The notes under the pieces are model-generated. The model was not told where the DNA came from. It was given only the letters and a program-made list of their open reading frames with translations, and searched no databases. Shown one piece after another: positions 39,241 to 50,328 of a DNA stretch of 64,000 nucleotides. The position numbers and the translations under genes were made by a program. The stretch is from Pristiophorus japonicus (taxonomy: Eukaryota), in assembly GCF_044704955.1 (NCBI RefSeq), contig NC_091978.1, forward strand, positions 191,332,001-191,396,000, given 5' to 3'. How positions within the stretch are numbered: the first letter of the stretch is position 1; the number at the start of each line of letters is the position of its first letter.

Positions 39241-39462
39241 GAAGATATTAGAAGAGACATTGGATGCTTAAGTTATGCTAAAGTGATTTCTTCAAGTATT
39301 TAAGTTCCAAGTAGTATTTTTTAAAACCAAAAGTAATATCTTTCTCATGTTGAAGCTTCCCATTGTACACTTATACAAGGGGATAGATATCACCAACGAT
39401 AAAGGACAAGAAACTGAATGGTTAAAACATTATCAGATATTGGTTTTATGCTTGTTTAAAAG

Positions 39463-39660
39463 ATAATAGCAGGGATTCTCTTGATAGAAGTGCAGGAAAA
39501 TATATTAATCCAAAAGGAATAGAATTCCAAAGGAAGGAGCAAAAGAACACCACATTTATCAAAATTGGTCAAACTCGTGATACATTCAACTTCCATAAGG
39601 ATCACTTCCAAGCGACATATGTTCGGAACAAATCATACAATCTATTCCTAAGGGCTGATG
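39463..39660 (+). CDS. Candidate internal coding exon of an unidentified host gene
   Basis: 198 bp, stop-free, phase 1/1, in AT-rich unique DNA. Acceptor TTTTATGCTTGTTTAAAAG, donor G|GTATTA. Reads NSRDSLDRSAGKYINPKGIEFQRKEQKNTTFIKIGQTRDTFNFHKDHFQATYVRNKSYNLFLRAD. Confidence 0.4.
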
Positions 39661-40622
39661 GTATTAAATTATTGAAACATTATAAATCTGGCTTAATATG
39701 TGGAATTCCCTCCTGTCCCCAGGCGATAGCAATCTTAATTTTTCATATGTAATGCAATGATGATAACTGAACAATTTTGTCTTGAGTGCAATTTTTTGAA
39801 AATCAGTTGTGAAGCTCTGTCAGCTACATTAATAGTGATTTAGTTGTTTTTGACCACACCACATGCAAAATCAAAAAGAGGAATAATTAATGTGTTAAGT
39901 GGTAAGATAGCAGATTTGTCAAATAGATGGGATCTAATATGATGGAAACAGGCAATTCTGCTAGAAATGGTTACATTTAGTTGATTTGCTCCTTAAAATC
40001 TAATGTGGAATCTAGTATAATGTGTAATTTTTAGCAATAATTTGAAAGGCAGAAAATGCTTCAATTTACACACGACCTATATAAAAACAAATTGATAATT
40101 TTATAATATTTAGTGCTGACTAATTTTTGATAGTCTTAAATGGTTCCTGTCTGAAGCTGATTTGCGTTTGATACCTGCATCATACTTGCACATGTAAAAG
40201 CTGTGTGAAGTCTATGGGCTGGATTTTCGGCTGATTTGCACCCAATTTAGTGCCTCGACGGGGCGCAAAAATTATTTTTTGGGCGTGAAATGAGGTGCAC
40301 AAGATTTTGCGCTCAGGTGGAACTAAAACCTCCCGCCCTGCCGTTGTCTTGACCGTTTGGATGATGTAAATCGGCATGTATCACTGTGCTAGCGCCCCGG
40401 GCGGAACTTTCGAGCATTTCGCCCAGTTTAGCGTCCGCCCGGAAACCTGCACAGAAAAACCAGGTGCTAACGGCACCATGTTGAAATCGGAGGAAAAAGC
40501 CGCAGTTGTGAGTGATTAAAAGGATTGGGAGAAGAATGCTGCGTTACGGAATACTTTTGTTTGTGAAGTTTATGTGAGTTTTTAGTTTGTTTTCTGAAGG
40601 ACATTTAAAGACATTTCAAAAG

Positions 40623-41849
40623 ATGGAGGCCATGGTAGGTCAGGAGCCAGTATTCCTAGCTGCTATATTCATATGGCTTCAAGCTAGAAGAAGGCTTATT
40701 GTTGATCATTTGCAACGTAATCGAAGAGGTCGCAGACGCATGGGGAGGAGGCCTTAATGGAAAGGTAAGTACTAATTTAGAGGGAACATCGCTCATACCT
40801 CCAGCTCTCTGAGGCATAGTGAGAAGGCTGCATTTCTGAAAAGAGATGTTCACAGAGATATGCCAGCTCCTACAGGCAGACCTACAGCCTACTAGCGGCA
40901 ACAGGACTGCACTGCCCGTCGAGGTGAAGGTGACTGCACAGTTGCCTTCTATGCCTCTGGATCCTTTCAGGCATCAGGTGGGGGGACATATGCTCCATCT
41001 CGCAGCACGCTACACATTGCTGCATTCACCAGGTGGCTAATGCCCTGTACACACACAGAATGGACTTCATAAACTTCCCAATGACCAGGGAGACCCAAAA
41101 TGAGAGAGCTGTAGGTTTTGGATGATTTGCTGGCTTCCCCAAGGTTCAGGGTGCCCTTGACTGTACCCAATCGCCCTGTGAGCACCTTTGCAGAATGCAG
41201 CGGTTTTCAAAAACTGAAAGGGATTCCACTCTATGAACATATAGATCGTCTGCGACCATACTCAGTGCATCATGGCATTCAATGCCCAATATCCAGGGAG
41301 CATCCATGATGCTTTCATTTTGCATGAGAGCAGTGACTCATGCATGTTCCAGCATCAACCACAAGGCCAGAGCTGGATGCTTGGGGACAAAGTTTATGGC
41401 CTAGCCACATGTCTCATGACCCCCCTCCGGAACCCTCAGACAGAAGCCGAGCATCGCTATAATGAGCACCATGCAGCCACATGCAACATCGTCGAACATT
41501 GGAGTGCTCAAGCAGCACTTCTGATGCCTGGACTACTCTGGAGCTGCCTGAAATACTCCCCTCATCAGATCTCTGACTCCACTATGGTGTGCTGCATGCT
41601 ATGCAAATTAGCCATCGTGAAGGTACAGGAATTGCCAATGGGAATTGCAGCACTACCTCAGAAGAAAGCGGGGGGTGGGGGCGTTGGTCGGGGGGGCAGG
41701 AGGAGGAGGAGGAGGAAGAGGAAGATGAGGATGAGGAGCCTGGCGAGGACCTCATGCCACCATCACCACAACCACAGGGGACACATTGTGGCGATTTCGC
41801 CGCTGCAAAAGCCTTACGTTGGCAGCTCATAATTGAACGCTTTGCTTGA
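40623..41849 (+). pseudogene. Harbinger transposase of element C, disrupted
   Basis: Motifs EICQLLQADLQP, YPGSIHDAFIL, WMLGDKVY and YNEHHAAT, then a poly-Glu tract and LIIERFA*. Confidence 0.9.
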
Positions 41850-42485
41850 TGAGTGTTGCCTGGCCACTCTATCCCACCATGTTGACTATTCCCCCTCTTA
41901 TTCTGCAAATGAGACACTACACAGGAATGGTTAAGATGAATAAAAAAATGTATTAAGCAATGCAACATTCTAAACTTTGTAACCTTTATTGAGAGACATA
42001 AATAAAATAAAATAAAATTTGCTGCATCCAGCAGTGTAATAATTCAACAACATTATCAACAAAACAACATAATCCAGTGTAACATAATAACACTGGAACA
42101 TAAAACATACGATGCACGCAGCATCAACAACATAATGCAGCAACATAATATCCTGCCCCACTATTTTTTCCCACTGGCTTTTGCCCCCCCTTCCCCTTAT
42201 CACTCTCCCTTGCCTGCTGCTCCAAAACAAAGTCGCACAAAGATGGCGGCAGCAAGACTGCCGGAGCGCTGCTGTGTTGGGGGGAGAGACAATGGAGACG
42301 CTGTCTGGGGATGCACTGGAACAGTTCATAGCATGGAAGGCCTGGCTTCTGACTGGCTAGCCTCTTCATCGGCATCGCCAATCATAGGTGCTTTGGGTTT
42401 GGGTGTGAAAGTGGGAAATGCAGAGAGTATGGCGGAAGGCATGGACTCAATCACCTGCCCAAGCTGAAGCAGAGCTGGTGCTTGT

Positions 42486-45400
42486 TAATATGTCCCTACT
42501 ATACAGTATAAATGCACACGAGGCCCATTTTTGAGAGAAGATCACTCTGTGACCAGTTATCTTTATCACCAAGACCTCAAGAGACAGATGGTGGGTGGAG
42601 CTTCCCCTTTTATACCGGAAAGTCCAGGTTAGGAGTGTCTCCCACAAGTTCACCCCCTTATGGTCAGTGTTCTCAAGGTGTATACAATGGTTACAATGAC
42701 AGTTGAATACATGACATCACCTCCCCCGCAAAGTCTCATTGGGATCACAGGTTAAGTCTCCCTGGTGGTTTACGCTCCCTTGTGGAGCGCCTCAGTTGGA
42801 GCTCTGTTTGTTGGGCACTGGCCTGAGTGTCTGCTGTTTGCAGTGCCTCAGGCCTGTCCGGACTACCCACAGTGACTGGGCTCTCCTCCACTTGGTTCCG
42901 GTGTTCGGTCACCGGTGGTAGAGTAAACTCTACGCCGTATTCTTCTTCTGCTTCTTCTATGGGGTTGCTGAACCTCCAATTAGTTTGATCCATGTGTTTG
43001 CGGCAGATTTGTCCATTGGTAAGTTTAACTACCAAAATCCTATTCCCCTCTTTGGCAATCACAGTGCCTGCAAGCCATTTGGGCCCTGCAGCGTAATTAA
43101 GGACAAAAACAGGATCATTGATATCAATACATCACGCCCTCGCATTCCTGTCATGGTAGTCACATTGTTACTGATGCCTGCTCTCAACAATTTCTTTCAT
43201 AGTCGGGTGTTTAAGGGATAACCTGGTTTTGAGTGTCTTTTTCATTTGCAGCTCTGCGGGTGGAACCCCTGTGAGCGAGTGTGGTCGGGATCTATTGGTC
43301 AACAGGAGGTGTGATAAGCGGCTTTGTAGGTAACCCCCTTGGATTCTGAGCATCCCCTGTTTGATTATCTGCACTGCTCGTTCTGCCTGGCCATTTGAGA
43401 CCGGCTTGAACAGTGCCATTGTGACATGGTTGATTCCATTGCCTGCCATGAAGTCCTGGAATTCAGTGCTTGTGAAGCACAGGCCATTGTCGCTAACCAA
43501 GACATCCAGTAGACCATGGGCGGCGAACATTGTCCGCAGACTTTTTACCATGGCAGAGGATGTGCTTGAATTTAAAATGGCACAATGGCATTTGGAGTAG
43601 GCGTCTACTACAACCAAATATCTTTTTCCCATGAAAGGACCTGCGTAGTCCACATGGATGCGTGACCATGGCTTAGCGGAACAGGACCAGGGGCTAAGGG
43701 AGGATTCCCTGGGTGCGTTGCCCAGCTGAGCACATGTGTTGCACCTGCGAACACAAAGTTCCAGGTCTGCATCTATCCCTGGTTACCAAACATGTGACCT
43801 GGCAATTGCCTTCATCATGACAATGCTCGGGTACTCATTGTGAAGTTCTCTGATAAACACCGCTCTGCCCTTCTGGGGCATGACTACTCGGTTTCCCCAC
43901 AGTAGGCAATCAGCCTGAATCGAGAGTTCATCCTTGCACAAATGAAACGGTTTAAACTCCTCAGGGCATGCCCCGTACGTGGCTGCCCAGTTCCCATTCA
44001 GGGCACATTTCTTGACTAAAGACAGTAGCGGGTCTTTATTTGTCCAAACTTTAATCTGACGAGCTGTCACAGGTGAGCCTTCACTTTCGAAAGCTTTAAC
44101 AGCCATGACCATCTCAGCATCATGCTCAGCTGCCCCCTCAGTGGTGGCTAGTGGTAGCCTGCTGAGTGCATCGGCACAGTTTTCAGTGCCCGGTCTGTGC
44201 CGAATTGTGTAGTCATAGGCGGCTAACGTAAGTGCCCACCTCTGTATGCGGGCTGATGCATTCGCATTTATGGCCTTGTTGTTGGCCAAAAGGGACGTTA
44301 GGGGTTTGTGATCTGTCTCCAGCTCAAATTTCCTGCCAAACAGGAACTGGTGCATTTTTTTTACTGCATATACACAATCTAGTGCTTTCTTTTCGACCAT
44401 CCCGTAGCCCCTTTCTGCCCGGGACAGACTTCTGGAGGCATAAGCTACTGGCTGTAACTGACTATTGGCATTCACATGTTGCAACACACACCCGACCACA
44501 TCGGGCGACGCAGCACACGTTAAAATTAGTTTCTTACATGGGTCATATAAAGTTAACAGTTTTTTGGAGCATAACAAATTGCGTGCTCTATCAAAAGCCC
44601 TTTCCTGGCTGTCCCACCAGACCCAATCACGACCTTTGCGTAGGAGCATGTGTCGCGGCTCTAACAGCATGCGCAATTTGGGAAGAAAGTTGCCAAAATA
44701 ATTCAGGAGCCCCAGGAACGAACGCAGAACCAGAATGATCTCCTTTGTATATGTCCGTAGCATTGCGTCAATCGGCAATAATTTTGGCCTCCTGGCCTTG
44801 GACACCCACAACCTTTCGAACTGTTTGATACTCATCAGGAACTGGCTGGTCCCTGTGTCCAGCTCCATTAATACTGGGATGCCACTGAGGAGCACTTTCA
44901 CCATTATCCGTGGCGCCCTGGTATATGAACTGTATATGTGCGCCACATGAACTCACTGAACTTCAGCTTCCAGCGATTTCCCCCAGTATTCATTTGGCCT
45001 CGTAGGACTTACATCAGGCCCGTCTTCCTTGTATATCAACCTGGCTGCAGGCTTCCTGCACATACTCGCCAAGTGACCGCTGACGTTGCAGTTTCTGCAT
45101 GTATATTGCTGATACCTGCGAGCTCTGGCTGGGTGTTTGCCTCCACACCTCCAGCATGAGCTGGAGGCCCCATTGTTGGAATCAAAATGTCCATTACCAG
45201 TCGATCGTCTCTGATTTTCTCTGTAACTGTCCTTAAATGCGTCATTAACAGGTGTTGGTGGCCCCATTACTGGCCGCATTGTTCATTGTGATGGCATGAA
45301 TCGCCGTTCAGCTGGCCATTGTCTCTGTTGAATTCCCCCTTTGGGTTCGACTGCTGCGGCATGTCCGATTGCTCTTGTCTGCCTAGAGAACTGTGTGCTG

Positions 45401-46277
45401 CTTTAACAATGTTGACTCCCTGGTCGTTTGCCGCATTTGAGCCAAGATTTTTGCCATAAATCATTCTGGTCTCTTCCTCCCCTGAGATAATTGTCTGGGC
45501 TATCAGAGCCGCCGCTTCCAAGGTCAAGTCTTTGATCTCAATCAGTTTCCTGAAAACCCCAGCGTGCCCGATGCCCTCAATAAAAAAGTCTCGCAGCATC
45601 TCCGCTCTGCATGCATCTGGGAACATACATAGGCTCGCCAGTCACCAGAGATCTGCCACGAAGTCTGGAACGCTTTGCCCTTCTCACCGCCGTTGCGTGT
45701 CAAACCGGTGTCTCGCCATGTGCATGCTGCTCGCCGGTTTAGGGTATTCCCTGATCAACTTACTGAGCTCTTCGAACATCTTGTCCGCCGGCTTCTCTGG
45801 TGCTCGAAGGTCCTTCATCATGGAGTACGTTCTGGATCCACAAAGCGTCAGATGTGCCCTGCGTTTGCCAGCCGAATCCTGTCCCAGCCATTCCTTAGTG
45901 ACAAAACTTTGCTGTAGTCTCTCAATAAAGTCATCCCAATCATCACCAATACAGTACCTTTCTTCTGTGCTGCTAGTGACCATGCTCGCGTGGTTTAAAT
46001 CCCAGTTTTTCGTCGCCAATAATATGTCCCTACTATTCAGTATAAATGTACACGAGGCCCATACTTGAGAGGAGATCACTCTGTGACCAGTTACCTTTAT
46101 TACCAAGACCTCAAGAGACAGACGGTGGGTGGAGCTTCCCCTTTTATATCGGAAAGTCCAGATTTTATATCGGAAACTTGTGTCTCCCACAAGTTTGGCC
46201 GCTGTGGTCAGTGTTCTCAAGGGATATAACTTAGGTCAGCTTATACATGGGTTACAATGACAGTTCAATACATGACA
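42486..46277 (-). mobile_element. Gypsy LTR retrotransposon with the RT domain deleted
   Basis: LTRs 42486-42716 and 46020-46277. TSD CTTGT (42481-42485, 46278-46282). PBS TGGCGACGA. Gag with CWRCGGKH. ORF 43783-44946 runs from protease directly into connection/RNase H. Confidence 0.95.
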
Positions 46278-46937
46278 CTTGTGATGCGCCATATTCTGGT
46301 AGGGCTGGCGCCACACTCTCCACTGTCACTGCTGGAGGCCACCAGCCTCGTATGGGCAGTGATGGTCTCGCAGGTATCCCGGCTCGCACTGACAATCTGC
46401 GACCCTACCTCCATAATGGTCACTTTTAGACTGTTTATGCTCACGGGAATTGTACCCAAGACATCAAGGAGCTGATGGCTGACCTGGATGCTCTCCCTGG
46501 ACATTCCTACTATGTCCAGTTCCACGTCCACCTGTCTGTCAGAAAACTGACTTTGCCGACTCACCCTTCGGAGAGATGACATGCGGGATTCAACACCATC
46601 ACTGCATTGCTGCATGCCACTGGTCCCAGGAGCTGCAGAGTCATCGAATCCTGAGAATGTCATGTCATCCTCCGAGGAGCTGAGTGCCAATGGTGGAGCA
46701 GGGATTGATTGAGGCGACGCCCGAGTCGGCTCATTGGTACCCTCCTCCTCCTTCAGACAATGGCCTGACGTGGAGGGCGTCCTTGAGGGTTGCTGCACCT
46801 GTGGTTGGTAATCTGAAGTAAAAAGCAGCAGATGAATGGTTAGTAGCAGGGGAGGGGGCAGGATAACATGAGGAAGGTCACATTGCACAAGTTCATTTGA
46901 AGGACGGCCGCTACTACATTTTATCTAGTTATTTTAT

Positions 46938-47070
46938 CCAGAAACACTGCAGGACATTGCCCCAACCCTAGTCCAGAGACGCTGCAGGACATTTCCCCAA
47001 CCCTAGACCAGAGACACTGCAGGACATTTCCCCAACCCTAGTCCAGAGATACTGCATGACATTGCCTCAA
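46938..47070. repeat. 35-bp minisatellite, about 3.8 copies, in the Myb-gene intron
   Basis: CCAGAGACACTGCAGGACATTTCCCCAACCCTAGT-like units start at 46938, 46973, 47008 and 47043. Confidence 0.9.
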
Positions 47071-47425
47071 ACAGCCCAGGGAGTGTGCAGTACATACCCT
47101 CAGTTTCCGAGGGGGGTGCAGCACCCCCAGTGGCAGCTACCCAACCTGTGATGCCGATGAGGCCTGCCACTCTGTCTTCAGTTTTGTCGGGGCATGTATG
47201 TTTTACACTGTACCCTGATTCTTTGACCTCGGAAATTATAGGAGAAAAGGACAACATGTGGCACAAAATTTAGGGCTAACCCAGTGTCAGTTTTATTATG
47301 CAGAAAAACTAACCAAAACTACAGAATTGGACTTCTGAGAGAAATCGACTGAAGACATACAATCACCCTACCTGCTTGTAGCTATTGTAATTTCATGGTC
47401 ATTGGTTCCGTTATTCCGTTATTGG

Positions 47426-48028
47426 TTATTCTTCTGGCCATTCTCTGCAGTGCTGTTCCTTCGGTATATGTTCCATACCTCGCTTCGGTACCACGCTTCC
47501 GTTTCCCCGCCGAACGATGATGGACGACTGGTGGTGGTGTACGTGTACCTGTACATGTACCCTTTTTCTACGTCTGTCTGCTTCTTCCATGTCTCTCTGT
47601 GCTCGCATATTTATATTCACGTTATGACTGATTAACCGCCACTGTGGTTTCTGATAATGTGTTTTCATCGATACCTTTTTTTGTGGTGATCCTGGTTGAT
47701 TGACTGCAGTAATGGACTCGGCTGTTCCCAGTTTGCACATGGAGTCTGCGAGACTCAAGATGTCTCCCCATCTTAACACCTCATTTCCCAAAAATGTACG
47801 CCTGGGGTGATTCCTTAGTTGTCCGGTCTTCTTGCAGACTTGGCGTCTCCAGTGTGCTTGTATTCCCACCCACTGGCCAATCAAGTTCAGGGCCTCATGT
47901 AACAATTCCATTGTTGTTATGCATAAAATCAGTTTTGGTTCCTGACCACAGAGTGTCTTTAATTGGGGTGAGTCACCACCTGCCCTAAGGCTGGCGCCTT
48001 TTTGCTCCCATTGTCTAGTTAATTCCAA
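47426..48028 (-). CDS. Open 200-codon ORF downstream of env, putative accessory gene
   Basis: Stop-free frame between the env end and a PPT-like purine run. Begins at TTG. No recognised domain. Confidence 0.4.
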   Translation of the reverse strand: MELTRQWEQKGASLRAGGDSPQLKTLCGQEPKLILCITTMELLHEALNLIGQWVGIQAHWRRQVCKKTGQLRNHPRRTFLGNEVLRWGDILSLADSMCKLGTAESITAVNQPGSPQKKVSMKTHYQKPQWRLISHNVNINMRAQRDMEEADRRRKRVHVQVHVHHHQSSIIVRRGNGSVVPKRGMEHIPKEQHCREWPEE

Positions 48029-48074
48029 AAAGCTTGTATTAAATTCAAAAAACTTCTATTAATCAATTTTTTGT

Positions 48075-49971
48075 TCATGGTCTCCTTCTCTGCTTTATGA
48101 AGATTTGTACCTTTACACTACCGTATCCAAAATGCAATATGTATTCCTGGAGGTTCAGTATAGTACCGTTGACTGTGATACTTATGTGTTTGTGGTCTGA
48201 GATAGGAATTATCCTTTCTTGTGCTATGAGTGTCTCTACCTGAGGTGTGAAACAAAATGTGGAATCTATCACTGGACACCAAGTATCCTGGTGTATTCTA
48301 TACCGACTTTCGCTAGTGGTGACACAGTATGTGCCATTTCTCTTATACGCAACCTGTGGCGGGACATGGTCATGAGCTGTCACTTCCATCATACAGCTTA
48401 TAGGCTGCCCGTCCTCAAACTTGAACTCACATACTGGCTGGTCAAAAGGGTTCAGATGATAGGGGCACAATATCTCATGTGTACCCCTCTCTGGTATCCC
48501 TCCAGACTAGCACCAGTTATTGAGTCTTCCAATTTTAACACATACTGCGGGGTTTTATAATGCCTCACATGTACCCCGTTCCGAATTACCCCAATGTTTT
48601 CCACCTGGTTTACTGGTATGGGTCATTGTGACTGATCCATCACCGGTATTTGAAGCACTATCCCCATTATGTATTGTTTACTCTGACCACAGTTGACCAG
48701 GACTGGATACGTTTCAGAGGCTGACGGTAGCTAGCATGAATTCAGGAGGTTGTTATAGACACTCAAAGCTTTTAGATGCTTATTACTGACCCACGACGGT
48801 ACATGGCCTTGTTTTAAATCCTCTATATTGGCATTGCCTGGTCCTCTTATAGTTCGTTACCCTCCATGTCACTACCTTCCTCCAGTATCTTCTTTAACTG
48901 GTCCCTTAAGGTATTCACTTGGACTTGCAACTGCGCGTTGTCCACACTATTGACCAGTGATGTCTCAGTATTAAATGCTGTAGCTACTTCACTCATTAGC
49001 CCCCTTTTCCATCTCAGTCCGTACGCTTCCCCCTGACTCTCATCCCCGTAATTCTTTTGATATAATTGTTTGAACATTTCCTTTAACAATTTTTCAGACA
49101 ACCTTTCTGCTTCTGGCGGGCACCACCGGGATAATTGTAACTCTGTTAAATTTAGAATAACCGACGCGACTTCATAATATACAGAATGGTACAACATTTT
49201 CTCTGTTAGGATTAACGCAAACTCATTCTTAGGTCCTGGTGTTAGGACAGGACATGGAATTTCTTGGTTTGGAATCGCCAGCATTTTAGGGAGAGGTTTT
49301 TATCTGCTCATGATCAGCTCGGTTGCACAGACTGTTTTTGGAGGGTTCAAGGTCACACAGGAATCAAAACCCCGCATCCAATTCATTCCTGACCTAGAAT
49401 CCTACCCTTGCCTTTTAAAAACAATACCCACACCTCCCCTGCACTTGTGGCTAGATCCAACCACACAGACATAAATCCCTTGTTCCACCTACCACCACTT
49501 CTCCCAACACAATTTTGCCTCTTTTCTTCCTGTGGTCTGCCTGTTTGAGCTATTACCCAGTTTCTCCCACTCTGTGGATGCATTAACTTTTCCCCTGTCT
49601 GTTTTCCATAACCACCACCATTCTCCCATGGGGTAGTCCCTTTACATTCCAGACAAACTCGTCTACACTCTGTCACCCGTACATTTCTGGTCGTGATGTT
49701 TATCCTTGGGGCAGGACGCTGACACCTCCCCAAGTTTATTTATGGTTTGTCTGGAGTATTTGGTCAAATTTGACCCGAACCACCCTGGACAACTCCTGGT
49801 GTGAGCAGAGGTGTTTGTGCCCTTGTTGCTCCGTATAGCTCCCCCTTGAGTTACTGTGGGGCCGGTTCCTCCCATACACCCGTGTGTAAGGAATGTCTCG
49901 GTGTCTCCCTGATCTCCCAATCCTTTAATAATAATGGCCATCCACAGGTCTATCCACAGCGTCCATCTCAT
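48075..49971 (-). pseudogene. Env / class I fusion glycoprotein pseudogene resembling pneumo/paramyxovirus F
   Basis: Fragments 49663-49971 (hydrophobic leader), 49383-49733, 48847-49284 (RWKR at 49003-49014, then GLMSEVATAF and a heptad repeat) and 48075-48470 (Cys-rich). No TM anchor remains. Confidence 0.75.
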
Positions 49972-50328
49972 CTCGTGCCCCTGGCTCGATTCGCTCCTAT
50001 TAAGACAAAAATGAAAGAAATACTTTTGCTCTGTGGGGGCCTTCCCCTCACAGGTCCTTTTTCAGTTCTTCACATTGTTACATAACACCTTTTTACGATC
50101 ACTGCTTCCCTCTCCTTTTATCCCAATGCTTGGGCCTATGGAGACTCGGGGGTGGAGATGGAGGAGGCAACCAGGGCACCTTGGTCACAGTACCCGACCA
50201 CTCCACCTTACTGCTCTGTCCCTTACTTCTCCATCTTCATCATTGGTGGAAGGCTTACACTGATCAAACTCATTATAGTTCCTTGGGCCTTTGCCCACTT
50301 TTTACTTTTCTCTCCGGGGTTGTACAGC

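Noticed and set aside
46938-47070. 35-bp repeats next to a viral element, CRISPR-like in length
   Set aside because: Head-to-tail tandem copies without spacers, in a Harbinger intron.
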